64,000 nt of DNA, taken from Alphaproteobacteria bacterium. GTDB lineage: Bacteria > Pseudomonadota > Alphaproteobacteria > SP197. The notes below the pieces were generated by a model. The model ran no database searches, was not told the origin of the DNA, and saw nothing but the letters and a program-made list of their open reading frames with translations. The stretch lies in the NCBI GenBank assembly GCA_964291265.2, contig OZ219747.1, positions 2,752,001 through 2,816,000 on the forward strand. Direction: 5' to 3'. Shown here piece by piece: positions 19,340-29,140 of this stretch (position 1 is the stretch's first letter; the number at the start of each line of letters is the position of its first letter). The translations under genes were made by a program, and so were the position numbers.

Positions 19340-20032
19340 GTATGGGACCCGGGAAGGAAACGTGCGACACTGACTGGCCTCCGGTGATCTCACCGTCACG
19401 GAGACAAGCCCCTCGGCCGACTTCTTGCAAGTCGGTCGAGGGGCAATCACCCCAGACCAGCAGACAATTCAAGCAGAACCGACGGAATCCACGTCAAAAA
19501 TCGCGCAAACGCTTAACGTTCGGCCTGAAGCCGTTCTTCGTCAAGCAGATCAGCGTGGTCGAACAGGTTCGCCACATGACAAGGTTCATCGAGCCATGCC
19601 GCACTTCACAAGCCCAATGACAATGCGGGTCCGCTTCTCAATGTTCATCTGACCGTCAGCGAGGCCTGACGGAATGCATTGCAGTCCCGAGCCGTTCAGG
19701 GCGAGAGGCCTCCTGGACACGGGCGCGAGCGTGACGTGCGTTGACCCAAGCGTGCCACGCGCATTGGGACTGACGACACCGACAGGCGAAGCGTCGCGTC
19801 AATTCTCACCGCCTCAACACAAGACGGACCCGTCCCCGCCAACGAATACGATTGCGGTTTGATCATTTTCGCGACGTTCAAAGAGAACCCGTACTTTATC
19901 CGCAATCTGGCCGTTACAGAGGCGCCACTGTTCGAACGACAGGGGGTTCATGCCCTCATAGGTCGGGACGTATTGGCGAATTGCGTACTGATTTACAACG
20001 GGACTACCAAGCACTACATCTTGGCCTTCTGA
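19340..20032 (+). pseudogene. Degraded small-protein plus retropepsin-like aspartyl protease gene pair
   Basis: MPHFTSPM from 19596; LLDTGASVTCVD and HALIGRDVLANCVLIYNG lie in different frames; upstream remnant FGLKPFFVKQI. Confidence 0.65.
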
Positions 20033-20168
20033 TCCCGGTTGATCACGCTTCGGCACTTTCCTGGTTAATCCCCTTGCGTTGTCGGATCACCTCGCACTCA
20101 TCGATGCCGCCCGACGCAGCACAAGACACCTGGCGCTTTGGCGAGGGAAGGTGCTCCCTCCAGCACGA

Positions 20169-23100
20169 TTATTCTTCCGCCAGGAGTTCTGCCAGGGTTG
20201 AATGTGAATTGTCATTCTCCGATGGCATGGCGTGTTCCGGCCACATTTCAAACAGTGGGTTGCCCGGGGACCAGAATTCAACGCTCTCCGAGTGCTCTTC
20301 GTAGTATCGTGCGTTTGTGGAAACGCGTACTTCCTCCATCATGCCCGGTGCTCGCAGGGCGTAAGCACCAGCTTCCAGGCGCCGAATCTGCATACCGGGG
20401 GGTGTCAGGCCAGCCGTTCTGATGATCCTGTCAAGATCATTCATCGTCATGGCAGGTTGTGGCCGCTCTGGCATCTCGAGAGCACTGTCCGTTACGTCGT
20501 CGATGTCGAAGCCGCCTCCTCCGTGTTCATCGGCGTCGTACATCAGATCGTCGAGAATCTCCGACCGCTCGTCGGAGTTACGTGATCTGCCAGTGAGCAC
20601 GGCCTCTGATATCTTTCCCGATAGCCTGGAGAGGATCGGCTGCAACGGTCCCACCACCGTCTCGAAGAGTCTGATGCGTTCCCGAACGGCAAGGTAGACG
20701 TCCGTCTCGACCGTGCCCTCGTAGTGCAGATTGACGATGCGAATGGTGGAGTGTTCCTGGCCCAGGCGATCGATGCGTCCGATGCGCTGCTCCACGCGCA
20801 TGGGGTTCCACGGCATGTCATAGTTCACAAGTGCTCCGCAGAACTGGAAATTGAGACCTTCGGCCGCGGCATCGGTACACAGCAGCACATCTGCAGCCCG
20901 GTCACGAAAGCGCCGCCTCGCATCGTCTCTGGTGATCCGCCGCCAAGTGCCATCACTGCCGGGTATCTCTCCCCCGCGCCCCGAAAAGCACAGCACCCTC
21001 AGTTGCGTACTGCTGGTCAATTCCTGGCGCAGGAAGTCCATGGTGTCGGCAAACTGGGTGAAGACCATGACCTGGCCAAAGCCGTCAGTCATGAGGTCTC
21101 GAAGAACCTTGAGAAGGCTGTCGAGCTTGCTGTCGGGAGGCAGTGCAGAGATGTCGGCCAGGAGCGCATCGATCGTTTCTCGTTGCTCCTGTGCAAGGAT
21201 TGAACTCTCGAGACCCTCGATCGCGTCCAGATCGATCCCATCATGCGAGAGGTCGTCGTCTGGCATGTCTTCTTCATCGAACATGGATCCTTCGTCGGCG
21301 CCTTCGAGAAGCGCACCCTGGCGCTTCATCAGCGTCTTCTCCAGGGCAAGGAAACTGCTGGCGAGGCGGCGACGGTACACCGTCATCACGAACCCGACGG
21401 CAGACCGGTCCTGACTGCCGGCCTGTTGGTACGTCTCGCTGATGTAGTCCTCGACGGCATCACAGAGGGCGCGTTCCCCTGTGCTCATGCGAATGAAACA
21501 GTCATCGACCCTGCGCTTGGCGATCGGAGTCGAGAGCATCCCCGCCTTGAAGTAGCGTCGAAGAAGCTCGCGCGTATGTCTCGAGACGAGGCGACGTATC
21601 GGAGTGTTCGCTTTCATGATGGCGATGGCCGCATGCCGTTCATCCGTCTCCAGATCGCCCCGGGGAATGTTCACGGGGTCGCGAAGAGCTCTCATGACCT
21701 TCCCGGTCTTCATGGGAGACAGCTTCGACAGACTGCGGCTTTCATCGATGCCGACCTTGCCGTAGGCCCGTTCAACCGACTGGAAGAGTGCTGCCATTCG
21801 GTTCAGCGCTTCCGTTGAGGGATTGGGGTGCCCCAGGTCTTCAAAGAACCGCAAGAACTCCTTGCTGCTCCACTCTGACGGAAGGCCAAGGAGGTTCAGC
21901 AGGTCCCACGTCTCGATGGGATGAACCTGCATGGGTGTCGCCGTGAGCAGGAGAAGTCCTTGTGTTTTTTCCTTCAGGCCCTGCATGAGTCTGAGCAGGG
22001 TGTTCGGCCCCCCTTCCCGTGCGCTGCCGGCGCCTCGCCTGCGGGCGTGATGGGCTTCGTCGAGGACCACGAGATCCCAGGGTTCTGCCTGTTCGAGAAG
22101 TTCTGCCGCCCGGTCCTGGCGCCGCATGAGCTGGCTCGAGGCGATGACGACGGGTTCGTCGTGCCAGCCTTCACGGCTGACGACACGCTCGTGGTTTCCT
22201 TGCAGGGCGGGAGAGGGATACCAGGAAAGCCTGCGCCCATCATAGATGGGCCAGTTGAGGTTGAACTTTTCGCGCAACTCGATCTGCCATTGGCGCAGCA
22301 CGGCCTTGGGCGCCAGTATCAGGATGCGTTGGGCGCGTCGCGCCAGCCAGGCCTGGCGCAACAGCAGACCGGCCTGAATGGTCTTGCCGAGGCCGACCTC
22401 GTCGGCGATCAGGAGTTGCGGTGGCCAGTTGCGGTAAAGACGATCGAAGGCCCTGATCTGGTGCGGCCAGGGTTGCACCGGTGCGGTCGCTTCACCGATC
22501 AGGTCACCTCCGCCAGGCCACGATGGCGCATCGTGGATGAACGCCCAGATCCGGTCCCGCAACGACACCGCTGGAGACCATTCGTCCACCTTGTCGGAGC
22601 CGCTGTCCGGGCTGACGGGAACTGCGACATCCTCCAGTCGTCGTGGTTTGCCATGGTCCGGCATGAAACGCATCAGGTCACGGCGCACGGCTTCCGGGAC
22701 GTCCAGCACCATCACCCGGTCGGTGGTCCTTGCGGCCCAGAGGCGCGCGAAGTTCTCTTCCTGCACCGCAACCCGTTCCGGTTCCGGACCCCAACTGGCA
22801 AAGACACTGATGGTCTCCCAGTTGGTCTTCCAACCGGCAGTGGTTTCATTCAGACTCCCCGTCCAGGCGATGCGATCACCCGCCCGGTCCTCGATGATCC
22901 CGGTCTTTGCGTGAAAGATGCCGTCATCGGGAACCGGCTTGCCGTTCATGCAGGGAACCGCAACCTTCACCTCGAGATTGCCGCGCGCCACCATCCAGGC
23001 CAGCAGTTCCAGTGCGTCAGCCGTCTCCATATCGGGCGCCGCAAGGGGCCGGGAGGTCAAGCGCCGCTCGACACAGTCGCGGAGTTCCTCACCTTGGGTG

Positions 23101-23333
23101 ATTGCATCGATCTCGGGTTGATCGAGGGTGCAGCCGACGATGAGGCGCATGCGCCCCTCATTGCGGACCAGTCCCTCGATGCCGCGGGCCGCCAGCACCA
23201 GGGCGCCAGCGGTGAAGTACCCCGTCAGCCGATTGTAGTAGCGGGCGTTCTCCAGGGCCGGGACATAGAACAGGCGGACAAGATCACCGTCACGGGGCGT
23301 GTACTCGAGCTCCCAGGGATAGTCTCTCAGCAT
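20169..23333 (-). CDS. SNF2-family helicase with N-terminal PLD-like nuclease domain
   Basis: FHAKTGIIED...TGSLNET (HKD-like); LIADEVGLGKT, DEAHH, LTATPMQ, EGLNFQ, WNPMRVEQRIGRIDRLGQ. Confidence 0.92.
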   Translation of the reverse strand: MLRDYPWELEYTPRDGDLVRLFYVPALENARYYNRLTGYFTAGALVLAARGIEGLVRNEGRMRLIVGCTLDQPEIDAITQGEELRDCVERRLTSRPLAAPDMETADALELLAWMVARGNLEVKVAVPCMNGKPVPDDGIFHAKTGIIEDRAGDRIAWTGSLNETTAGWKTNWETISVFASWGPEPERVAVQEENFARLWAARTTDRVMVLDVPEAVRRDLMRFMPDHGKPRRLEDVAVPVSPDSGSDKVDEWSPAVSLRDRIWAFIHDAPSWPGGGDLIGEATAPVQPWPHQIRAFDRLYRNWPPQLLIADEVGLGKTIQAGLLLRQAWLARRAQRILILAPKAVLRQWQIELREKFNLNWPIYDGRRLSWYPSPALQGNHERVVSREGWHDEPVVIASSQLMRRQDRAAELLEQAEPWDLVVLDEAHHARRRGAGSAREGGPNTLLRLMQGLKEKTQGLLLLTATPMQVHPIETWDLLNLLGLPSEWSSKEFLRFFEDLGHPNPSTEALNRMAALFQSVERAYGKVGIDESRSLSKLSPMKTGKVMRALRDPVNIPRGDLETDERHAAIAIMKANTPIRRLVSRHTRELLRRYFKAGMLSTPIAKRRVDDCFIRMSTGERALCDAVEDYISETYQQAGSQDRSAVGFVMTVYRRRLASSFLALEKTLMKRQGALLEGADEGSMFDEEDMPDDDLSHDGIDLDAIEGLESSILAQEQRETIDALLADISALPPDSKLDSLLKVLRDLMTDGFGQVMVFTQFADTMDFLRQELTSSTQLRVLCFSGRGGEIPGSDGTWRRITRDDARRRFRDRAADVLLCTDAAAEGLNFQFCGALVNYDMPWNPMRVEQRIGRIDRLGQEHSTIRIVNLHYEGTVETDVYLAVRERIRLFETVVGPLQPILSRLSGKISEAVLTGRSRNSDERSEILDDLMYDADEHGGGGFDIDDVTDSALEMPERPQPAMTMNDLDRIIRTAGLTPPGMQIRRLEAGAYALRAPGMMEEVRVSTNARYYEEHSESVEFWSPGNPLFEMWPEHAMPSENDNSHSTLAELLAEE

Positions 23334-26269
23334 CAGGGGAGCTCATCGTCCTTCCAGAGCTTGAGCTGCTCCGGTTCATCAATACGATCACTGAAGGCGA
23401 GACGGCTCAGATTGTAGAGAACCTCGAAGTCACTTCCGGAGGCAGCCACGTCACCTTCGAGTTCGATGCCGGTGAAGACCCTGGAGACCGGCAGGACTTC
23501 GAGCACCGCTGCGAGCGATGCCACGAACTGCTGGTCCTGATCCACAGCAAACCGGCTGAGCATGTCCCGTGCCGGATCCAGGGATTGTCGCATACGCGCC
23601 AGGTTCGCTGCGTGATGGATGGCGTCAATCATGCCGCGCGAACCATCGGCAGGCCCGAGTGCTCCCTTGGCTGCCCGCTGCGTGCTGTCCCAGAGGGTCA
23701 GATCACTTCCCTTCTTGCCGGCAAGCCTGCCGACGATGTCGCTGTCGAGATCGGCGCCGACGGCTCTGGCCAGACGCAAGGCTTCGTCATAGGCAAAGAC
23801 CGGCGCCCGAAAGGCGTCCCATGCAAGGACGAAGAAGGCCGTTGCAGGGTCGAGATCGGTTCTGGCTTTCTGATGCGTCAACTGTTCAAGGCGCCAGCGC
23901 TTCACTTCCTGGCGCGCCGCATCGAGCGCGTCTTCCGGTGTGGCGGCATAAGGGTCCCATTCTTCCGGGAACACCTTCAGCTGGCGTCTGCGTTCCCGAG
24001 GCGTGTCGCGCGGCGTGCCGCGCCGCAACGGCCAATGGCGCGAGAACACCTCGAGGGCCGGGCCGAAGGAGGCCAGGTAGAGATCGACGCCGGCAATGCC
24101 CGACTCCTGATAGCTCTCGATCTCCTTGCGGACGGCCTTCGCCACGTCGCCTTCCACATCTTCCCAGTAGACATCGTCACCGGCCGTCGCGCCGGAGGTC
24201 CGTGGCCGGCAGGCCAGGAAGATCGTGCTCTTGGCCGCCGCCTTGTCCTTGATGTGAAGGCTGCCTTCAGCTTCCGTGTTGATCGGCCACGATGCGGTGA
24301 TGACGAATCCGGCATCCATCAGGCCCATGGTGAGCGCATCCCACGCTCCGGTCGCCTTGTGGGTGAACATCAGGGTCATGATGCCGTCGGGCTTCAGGAC
24401 CCGGCGACACTCGGCAAAGATCGACGCCATGCGCTCCTGATAGTCGCGCCCGGCACGCGCCCTCGTTCCCTTCTGGCCTCGAAACCGCGCCGGATTCGCC
24501 ACCGCCTCGTTCTCCTTGTCGGTGAGGTTGCGACGGAAGAGCTCGGGGAAGACATGGCCGGCCGTGCGTTTGAGCCAGACATAGAAGAAGTCCGACAATT
24601 CGGCATACATGACGTTGTCGTAGTAGGGCGGGTCCATGACCACGGCATCGATGCTGCCGTCCTCGATGTGATCGAGGGCGTCACCGGACTTGCAGGTGAT
24701 GGTGATCGGCGGTGGTGCATGCTGGGTGGCGAACAGGCCGCCCTTGTCGCCGGCTTCCGGACGGACCAGTGACACGAGCTCCTTGATGCACTTCGCGGTC
24801 TGGCCGATGGCCCAGTCATACCCGACGCCGGCAACGAGAGGGGCCATTTCGGCATAGGACCACTTGAACGAGAAATCATGACGGTCGAATGCTCCCAACA
24901 ACACTTCTCGGTTGACGTGCCAGCGGGTCATCCGCGCGTTGTAGTTCAAGAGCTTGTCGAGCGAGAGCGCCAGGTACCCATACGCTGCCAGGCGGATGTC
25001 GGTCAGTTTGCCGGCCTGACGGTCGGCCTCCAGCATCTCGCGGAAGATCTCGACGCTCGTGCCGTGGCACAGCAACTGGCGCGGCGAGAACAGATCGCGC
25101 CACAGCGGCATCCCGTATCGTTGTGGCTCGGCGGTCTTGTTGCCATCCGGAATCCGCTCGCTTGGGATGATGTCGAACGCCTCCCATTCGGGGAGCTTCT
25201 CGTCGAGGAGCGCCGCAATCTCGGCACCGTTGTCGTCTTCCGGCCACGGCGCCCGGTAGCCGCGAACCCACCTGGATTTGCCGAGCTTGCCGGACTTGAG
25301 CTTCCTTCCGGGCATGCGTTTCTTGTAGACGACGGCGTAGAGCTGCTCACCCATCTCGCCTGCCTGAGCCTGGCGCTTGATTTCATCGCCATCGATGACC
25401 CGGTTGCAGTCCGACCAGGGACAGGCGCCGTCCCCGCGCGACACCGTACCCGGTGACTGGTCCCGTGCCTCGCCCACGATCTCGAACGAACAGACCCGGC
25501 CGTTCGACCCAGACCCCGTACCTGTCTCCGGCTTCAGCCGGACTCCGGTGCCGCCCGGTGCGAGCCGCCAATTCGGCGACAAAGGCACCAAACCCGCGCA
25601 ATACGGGCAGGAAATCGTCCGTGCCCAGAGGAAATTGGTCGATACGGCATCCGCATCAGGCTCGTCGGGAAAACACCTCGCGAGCCGCTCCTCCCTCTTG
25701 ACGACCAACCGCTGCGAAAGTTTGGCGAATTCGCATATGAGGTCAGCACCATATCGCGATGGCCACTCTACCGTTGCCTGCATGATTAGGGCAGCGACTG
25801 GATTCAAATCGTTCGCAACCACCGTTGCGCGAAGACGAGCCGCTTCGAAGGGAATGCTGCCCCCGCCCGCGGTCGGATCAAGTATCGCGAGGTTTTCTGG
25901 TAGCTCTCCCGAATTGGATGTCATCCACCCGATGTCATTCTCATTGGGATCGTAACTGAATGCTCGCGAGTAGCTGTATGCTTGACCTTCAAACCGCTCA
26001 CCCCGTCGTCGCGCAACATCGATCCTTCGGCGGGTGGCCACCGGGTCCCCGTGAATTCCCAGCACGTGCAGGAAGCGTTCGCGGTCGGCATCGGCTGGCA
26101 GCAACGACGCCAACACCGCTGCCCGCGCTGCGACCAGAGGTCGCCGTGCCCACCAGACGTGGAGACGGTTCGGCGCCGGGAACGGTGTCATGGGTGTACG
26201 TTCACGCAGGCTTTCGATGCCAAGCTCTGCGATGGGCAGCCAGCGTTCGATGAGGCGGGTGTCGTCCAT
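23333..26269 (-). CDS. DUF1156-type adenine-specific DNA methyltransferase
   Basis: LHVWWARRPLVAARA, LDPTAGGGSIPFEA (motif I), MDPPYYDNV (motif IV), CPYC/CPWSDC Zn ribbon. Confidence 0.9.
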   Translation of the reverse strand: MDDTRLIERWLPIAELGIESLRERTPMTPFPAPNRLHVWWARRPLVAARAAVLASLLPADADRERFLHVLGIHGDPVATRRRIDVARRRGERFEGQAYSYSRAFSYDPNENDIGWMTSNSGELPENLAILDPTAGGGSIPFEAARLRATVVANDLNPVAALIMQATVEWPSRYGADLICEFAKLSQRLVVKREERLARCFPDEPDADAVSTNFLWARTISCPYCAGLVPLSPNWRLAPGGTGVRLKPETGTGSGSNGRVCSFEIVGEARDQSPGTVSRGDGACPWSDCNRVIDGDEIKRQAQAGEMGEQLYAVVYKKRMPGRKLKSGKLGKSRWVRGYRAPWPEDDNGAEIAALLDEKLPEWEAFDIIPSERIPDGNKTAEPQRYGMPLWRDLFSPRQLLCHGTSVEIFREMLEADRQAGKLTDIRLAAYGYLALSLDKLLNYNARMTRWHVNREVLLGAFDRHDFSFKWSYAEMAPLVAGVGYDWAIGQTAKCIKELVSLVRPEAGDKGGLFATQHAPPPITITCKSGDALDHIEDGSIDAVVMDPPYYDNVMYAELSDFFYVWLKRTAGHVFPELFRRNLTDKENEAVANPARFRGQKGTRARAGRDYQERMASIFAECRRVLKPDGIMTLMFTHKATGAWDALTMGLMDAGFVITASWPINTEAEGSLHIKDKAAAKSTIFLACRPRTSGATAGDDVYWEDVEGDVAKAVRKEIESYQESGIAGVDLYLASFGPALEVFSRHWPLRRGTPRDTPRERRRQLKVFPEEWDPYAATPEDALDAARQEVKRWRLEQLTHQKARTDLDPATAFFVLAWDAFRAPVFAYDEALRLARAVGADLDSDIVGRLAGKKGSDLTLWDSTQRAAKGALGPADGSRGMIDAIHHAANLARMRQSLDPARDMLSRFAVDQDQQFVASLAAVLEVLPVSRVFTGIELEGDVAASGSDFEVLYNLSRLAFSDRIDEPEQLKLWKDDELP

Positions 26270-26276
26270 GAGTGTC

Positions 26277-27359
26277 TCAGGCTGCATGGGCGGAGAGGTG
26301 CGTGGCATCGCCGAACAGCTCGACCGTCCAGGGATCCGGTGAATGGAACGGGCGGCGCAAGCGGATGCCGTGCTGTCTGTCAGGCAGGCGCTGAAGACGC
26401 ACTGCGCTCTCTTTCAGGGTTCTTTCGACCGCGCGATCCGGATGCCTGAAGGAGGCTTGCTTCGATGTCCCGTTTCTGGTGATCCAGGCGCGGCTCGTTT
26501 CATTCAGGATACGCTTGGCGTCCTCTGTCCCTGGCAGGATGCGGCCTCCTCTCATCCAGGGCGCCAGAACGGCGGTAGCCTGGGTTTCCACCATGGCGTG
26601 CCAGACCGCGGGCACATGCGCATTCTCGGAGCCGTGGTGTGGCACCTTGAACACGGACGCCCTGCCGCCCGGACGCACGGTGTCATTCACAATGATGGAC
26701 CATCCGCGTCTTTCCATGTCGGACCCGAGGAGAAGCGATGTCCCCATGGCGTCAACCCACAGGACAACCGCGGCCTCGTTGGGGGAAAGATCGCGGATAC
26801 GGTTCCTCGCTTCCCTCTCCCTTGGCATCAGACCATGAAGTGCCTTCAAGAACGCCTGGAATACCGTGTCCGACGGAGAAAGAGACCATACCTCGCAGTC
26901 CGGACTGCGATACACCCTGCGGTTGGCGATGGCGTGGACTGGCTTCCTTGCCCTGTCGGCCAGGAGTGACATGACGCCATGGATTTCCCGTACTCCCGAA
27001 TGGCCGACCGGGACATGATTCGCCTCGAGGGCGCCGATCATGCCGAGAAACTCCGCCGTACACAGCGCGCCGGCGCAGCAGAATTCGGCAATTGGCGCGG
27101 CCTCGAGAATGTTGACCAATCCCCTGATGTGGTCGTCATGCCAATGCGTTGCGACAACGATACCGATCGACTCGGCCGGATCGACACCAATCCGCTCAAG
27201 GTAGTGCAGGGCCGAAGGCGTACCCCGCGAATCGACGCAGGAGTCGATCACCACCCACACACCCCTTCCAGGGTGCACGACCATGCCTTCTCCATAGCCG
27301 GGGCCAAACAACGTGAGTTCGATCTCGTCCTCCCGGGGAGGCCGCTCGGTGCCGGTCAC
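26277..27359 (-). CDS. MBL-fold metallo-hydrolase (ComEC/Rec2-like nuclease)
   Basis: GPGYGE, THWHDDHIRG (HxHxDH), LLLGSD, KVPHHGS; GTG start overlaps the upstream TGA. Confidence 0.85.
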   Translation of the reverse strand: MTGTERPPREDEIELTLFGPGYGEGMVVHPGRGVWVVIDSCVDSRGTPSALHYLERIGVDPAESIGIVVATHWHDDHIRGLVNILEAAPIAEFCCAGALCTAEFLGMIGALEANHVPVGHSGVREIHGVMSLLADRARKPVHAIANRRVYRSPDCEVWSLSPSDTVFQAFLKALHGLMPREREARNRIRDLSPNEAAVVLWVDAMGTSLLLGSDMERRGWSIIVNDTVRPGGRASVFKVPHHGSENAHVPAVWHAMVETQATAVLAPWMRGGRILPGTEDAKRILNETSRAWITRNGTSKQASFRHPDRAVERTLKESAVRLQRLPDRQHGIRLRRPFHSPDPWTVELFGDATHLSAHAA

Positions 27360-27949
27360 GATGTCCAGGCCGCCATGACCGACCGGGCCCACTCGCGGCC
27401 CTTGCGATAGTCATCCTGTGTCATCCTCGGGAGATCGCGAAAGACGATCCTGGACACCCTGGTGACGGTTCCTTCGCTGGAGCGCTCCATCCCGATGACC
27501 CAGCGGAAAATGCTGCCGATGACCATGCGTCCACGGTGGCGATCGGAGAGTTCCGAGAGAGGGATGATGGCTTCAGTGCTCTCATGCTCGTGACCGGCCG
27601 TGATGTCAGTCAGCATGGCCACGATGTCATCATCGCGAATCTCCACCACGTGCCCTTCCCATTCCTGCAGGGGATGCAGCGTCGCCATGCGACGCGCCTG
27701 GATGAACCTGGGAGGGAAGCTGATGCACACTTGTTGATGTTCACCATTTGTCCCGCGGGCCGCCGAGGTCTCCGTGTTGCATGCAACACGATTGCTCGCC
27801 TGGTGAGGCGATGGCAGATGGAACCTAGTCGACAGCGCACGCTCGACTTCCTGATCGGCCCTTGCCACGAGGCCATGGCCCAGGTCCCCGCTCTCGTCGG
27901 CAGACGTGTCGAGTTGTTGCCCTGCGGTCGACTGTTTGAATGGCGCCAT
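27356..27949 (-). CDS. Hypothetical protein with beta-rich C-terminal domain
   Basis: In operon, preceded by GAGG; C-terminal LQEWEGHVVEI...IFRWVIG...VSRIVFRDLP. Confidence 0.7.
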   Translation of the reverse strand: MAPFKQSTAGQQLDTSADESGDLGHGLVARADQEVERALSTRFHLPSPHQASNRVACNTETSAARGTNGEHQQVCISFPPRFIQARRMATLHPLQEWEGHVVEIRDDDIVAMLTDITAGHEHESTEAIIPLSELSDRHRGRMVIGSIFRWVIGMERSSEGTVTRVSRIVFRDLPRMTQDDYRKGREWARSVMAAWTS

Positions 27950-27968
27950 GGTACCTCGGCCTCGGTTT

Positions 27969-28664
27969 CTAGGTTGCGAGAGACATCACGTGATCGACGA
28001 TCTCATCCGCACGTCGAAGGGATTCGTCGAACCTTTGTTCGAGCAGGTCGAGGACGTGTGCCGCCCCGCCTGGGGTCGAGTCACGGACATCATAGTGATC
28101 ATTGACACGCACGTAGATCCCCTTTCTTCCATCACCGACCCTGGCAGAGGGTTGCACCGTCACGTCGATATGCCCGCCATGAGGCCTGTTCGTCAGTTCC
28201 GTCTGTCGCATGGTAAGCGACACCATGCCACTGCTGTCGTCAGTCAAGCGCAGTATCCCGGCAATCCCTTCCCATGGTTCGGGCGGCGCCAGCATTCTGC
28301 CAACTCGCTGCTGTGCTTCGGCACTTGCTGCACGGAAGTGGATCTCTCGGTTGATGCCGAAAGCACCGACAGGCGTGTGATGCAGAAGTTCGCGGAAGGT
28401 GCGCAGGACGAGATCACGCAGGCGCACGTGAGGTCCCTGTTGGGTATCGGCCTGGAATTGATCGGTCGTTGCTTGAATGCTGACCCACTCGGTCGCAAAG
28501 GCCGTCAAATGCGGATGTGCGACGTTCAGAGTGGCGGTTTCGTGAGCGCCGGGCAGAAGCCCGTGCATGGCGAACCAGGCGGGTGTGAGGATCGCCGGAT
28601 TGAAGGTCCCGCGAAGCACGATTCCTGCGCTGCTGACTTCGGGTTCGATGCGCATGCCCGTCAT
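27969..28664 (-). CDS. Hypothetical protein (possibly TIGR04255-like)
   Basis: ATGA overlap with the upstream stop; IVLRGTFNPAILTPAWF, TPVGAFGIN, VNDHY; family call tentative. Confidence 0.65.
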   Translation of the reverse strand: MTGMRIEPEVSSAGIVLRGTFNPAILTPAWFAMHGLLPGAHETATLNVAHPHLTAFATEWVSIQATTDQFQADTQQGPHVRLRDLVLRTFRELLHHTPVGAFGINREIHFRAASAEAQQRVGRMLAPPEPWEGIAGILRLTDDSSGMVSLTMRQTELTNRPHGGHIDVTVQPSARVGDGRKGIYVRVNDHYDVRDSTPGGAAHVLDLLEQRFDESLRRADEIVDHVMSLAT

Positions 28665-29140
28665 CTTCCGGGCGCCGCAAGAAGGCACCGCAGGGCTGTC
28701 AGCACCCGGCGCGGATGCTTGCGGTGCATCGCCATCCCCAGCCAGTAGGCTGCCTCCTCGCGCCCCATCGCGTCGATGCCTTCGGCAACGGCCCTCATGT
28801 TGTCACGGCTGCGCATGGGCGCAAGCGCTCGGAAGAGCAGGCCCAGGTTCAAGGCAAGATCCTCCGTCAGAGCGTGCGCCTCAACGGCTGAACCGTGCGA
28901 TGGACCAGGCGTGATGCCGGCCCTGGCGAGACTCTTGAGGACACGGTGTTCCACCAGTTCAAGATTGCGTCCGCGAAGCCCCGCGACACGCACGCGACGC
29001 CTGACATGGGGCGACGCGGCTGCAGGAAGCTGCCAGACCTCGTAGCCGGTGTCTGCAGGACCGTGGCGGCGCAGACGCAACTCGTAGCGCGGCGCTGAAT
29101 TGGGCGTGTCGCGACGGACGACGGGTCCGGGACCCGGCAT
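28661..29140 (-). CDS. Small accessory protein of the DUF499 system (DUF3780-position gene)
   Basis: Abuts the DUF499 stop; C-terminal GIDAMGREEAAYWLGMA...ALRCLL. Confidence 0.7.
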   Translation of the reverse strand: MPGPGPVVRRDTPNSAPRYELRLRRHGPADTGYEVWQLPAAASPHVRRRVRVAGLRGRNLELVEHRVLKSLARAGITPGPSHGSAVEAHALTEDLALNLGLLFRALAPMRSRDNMRAVAEGIDAMGREEAAYWLGMAMHRKHPRRVLTALRCLLAAPGR

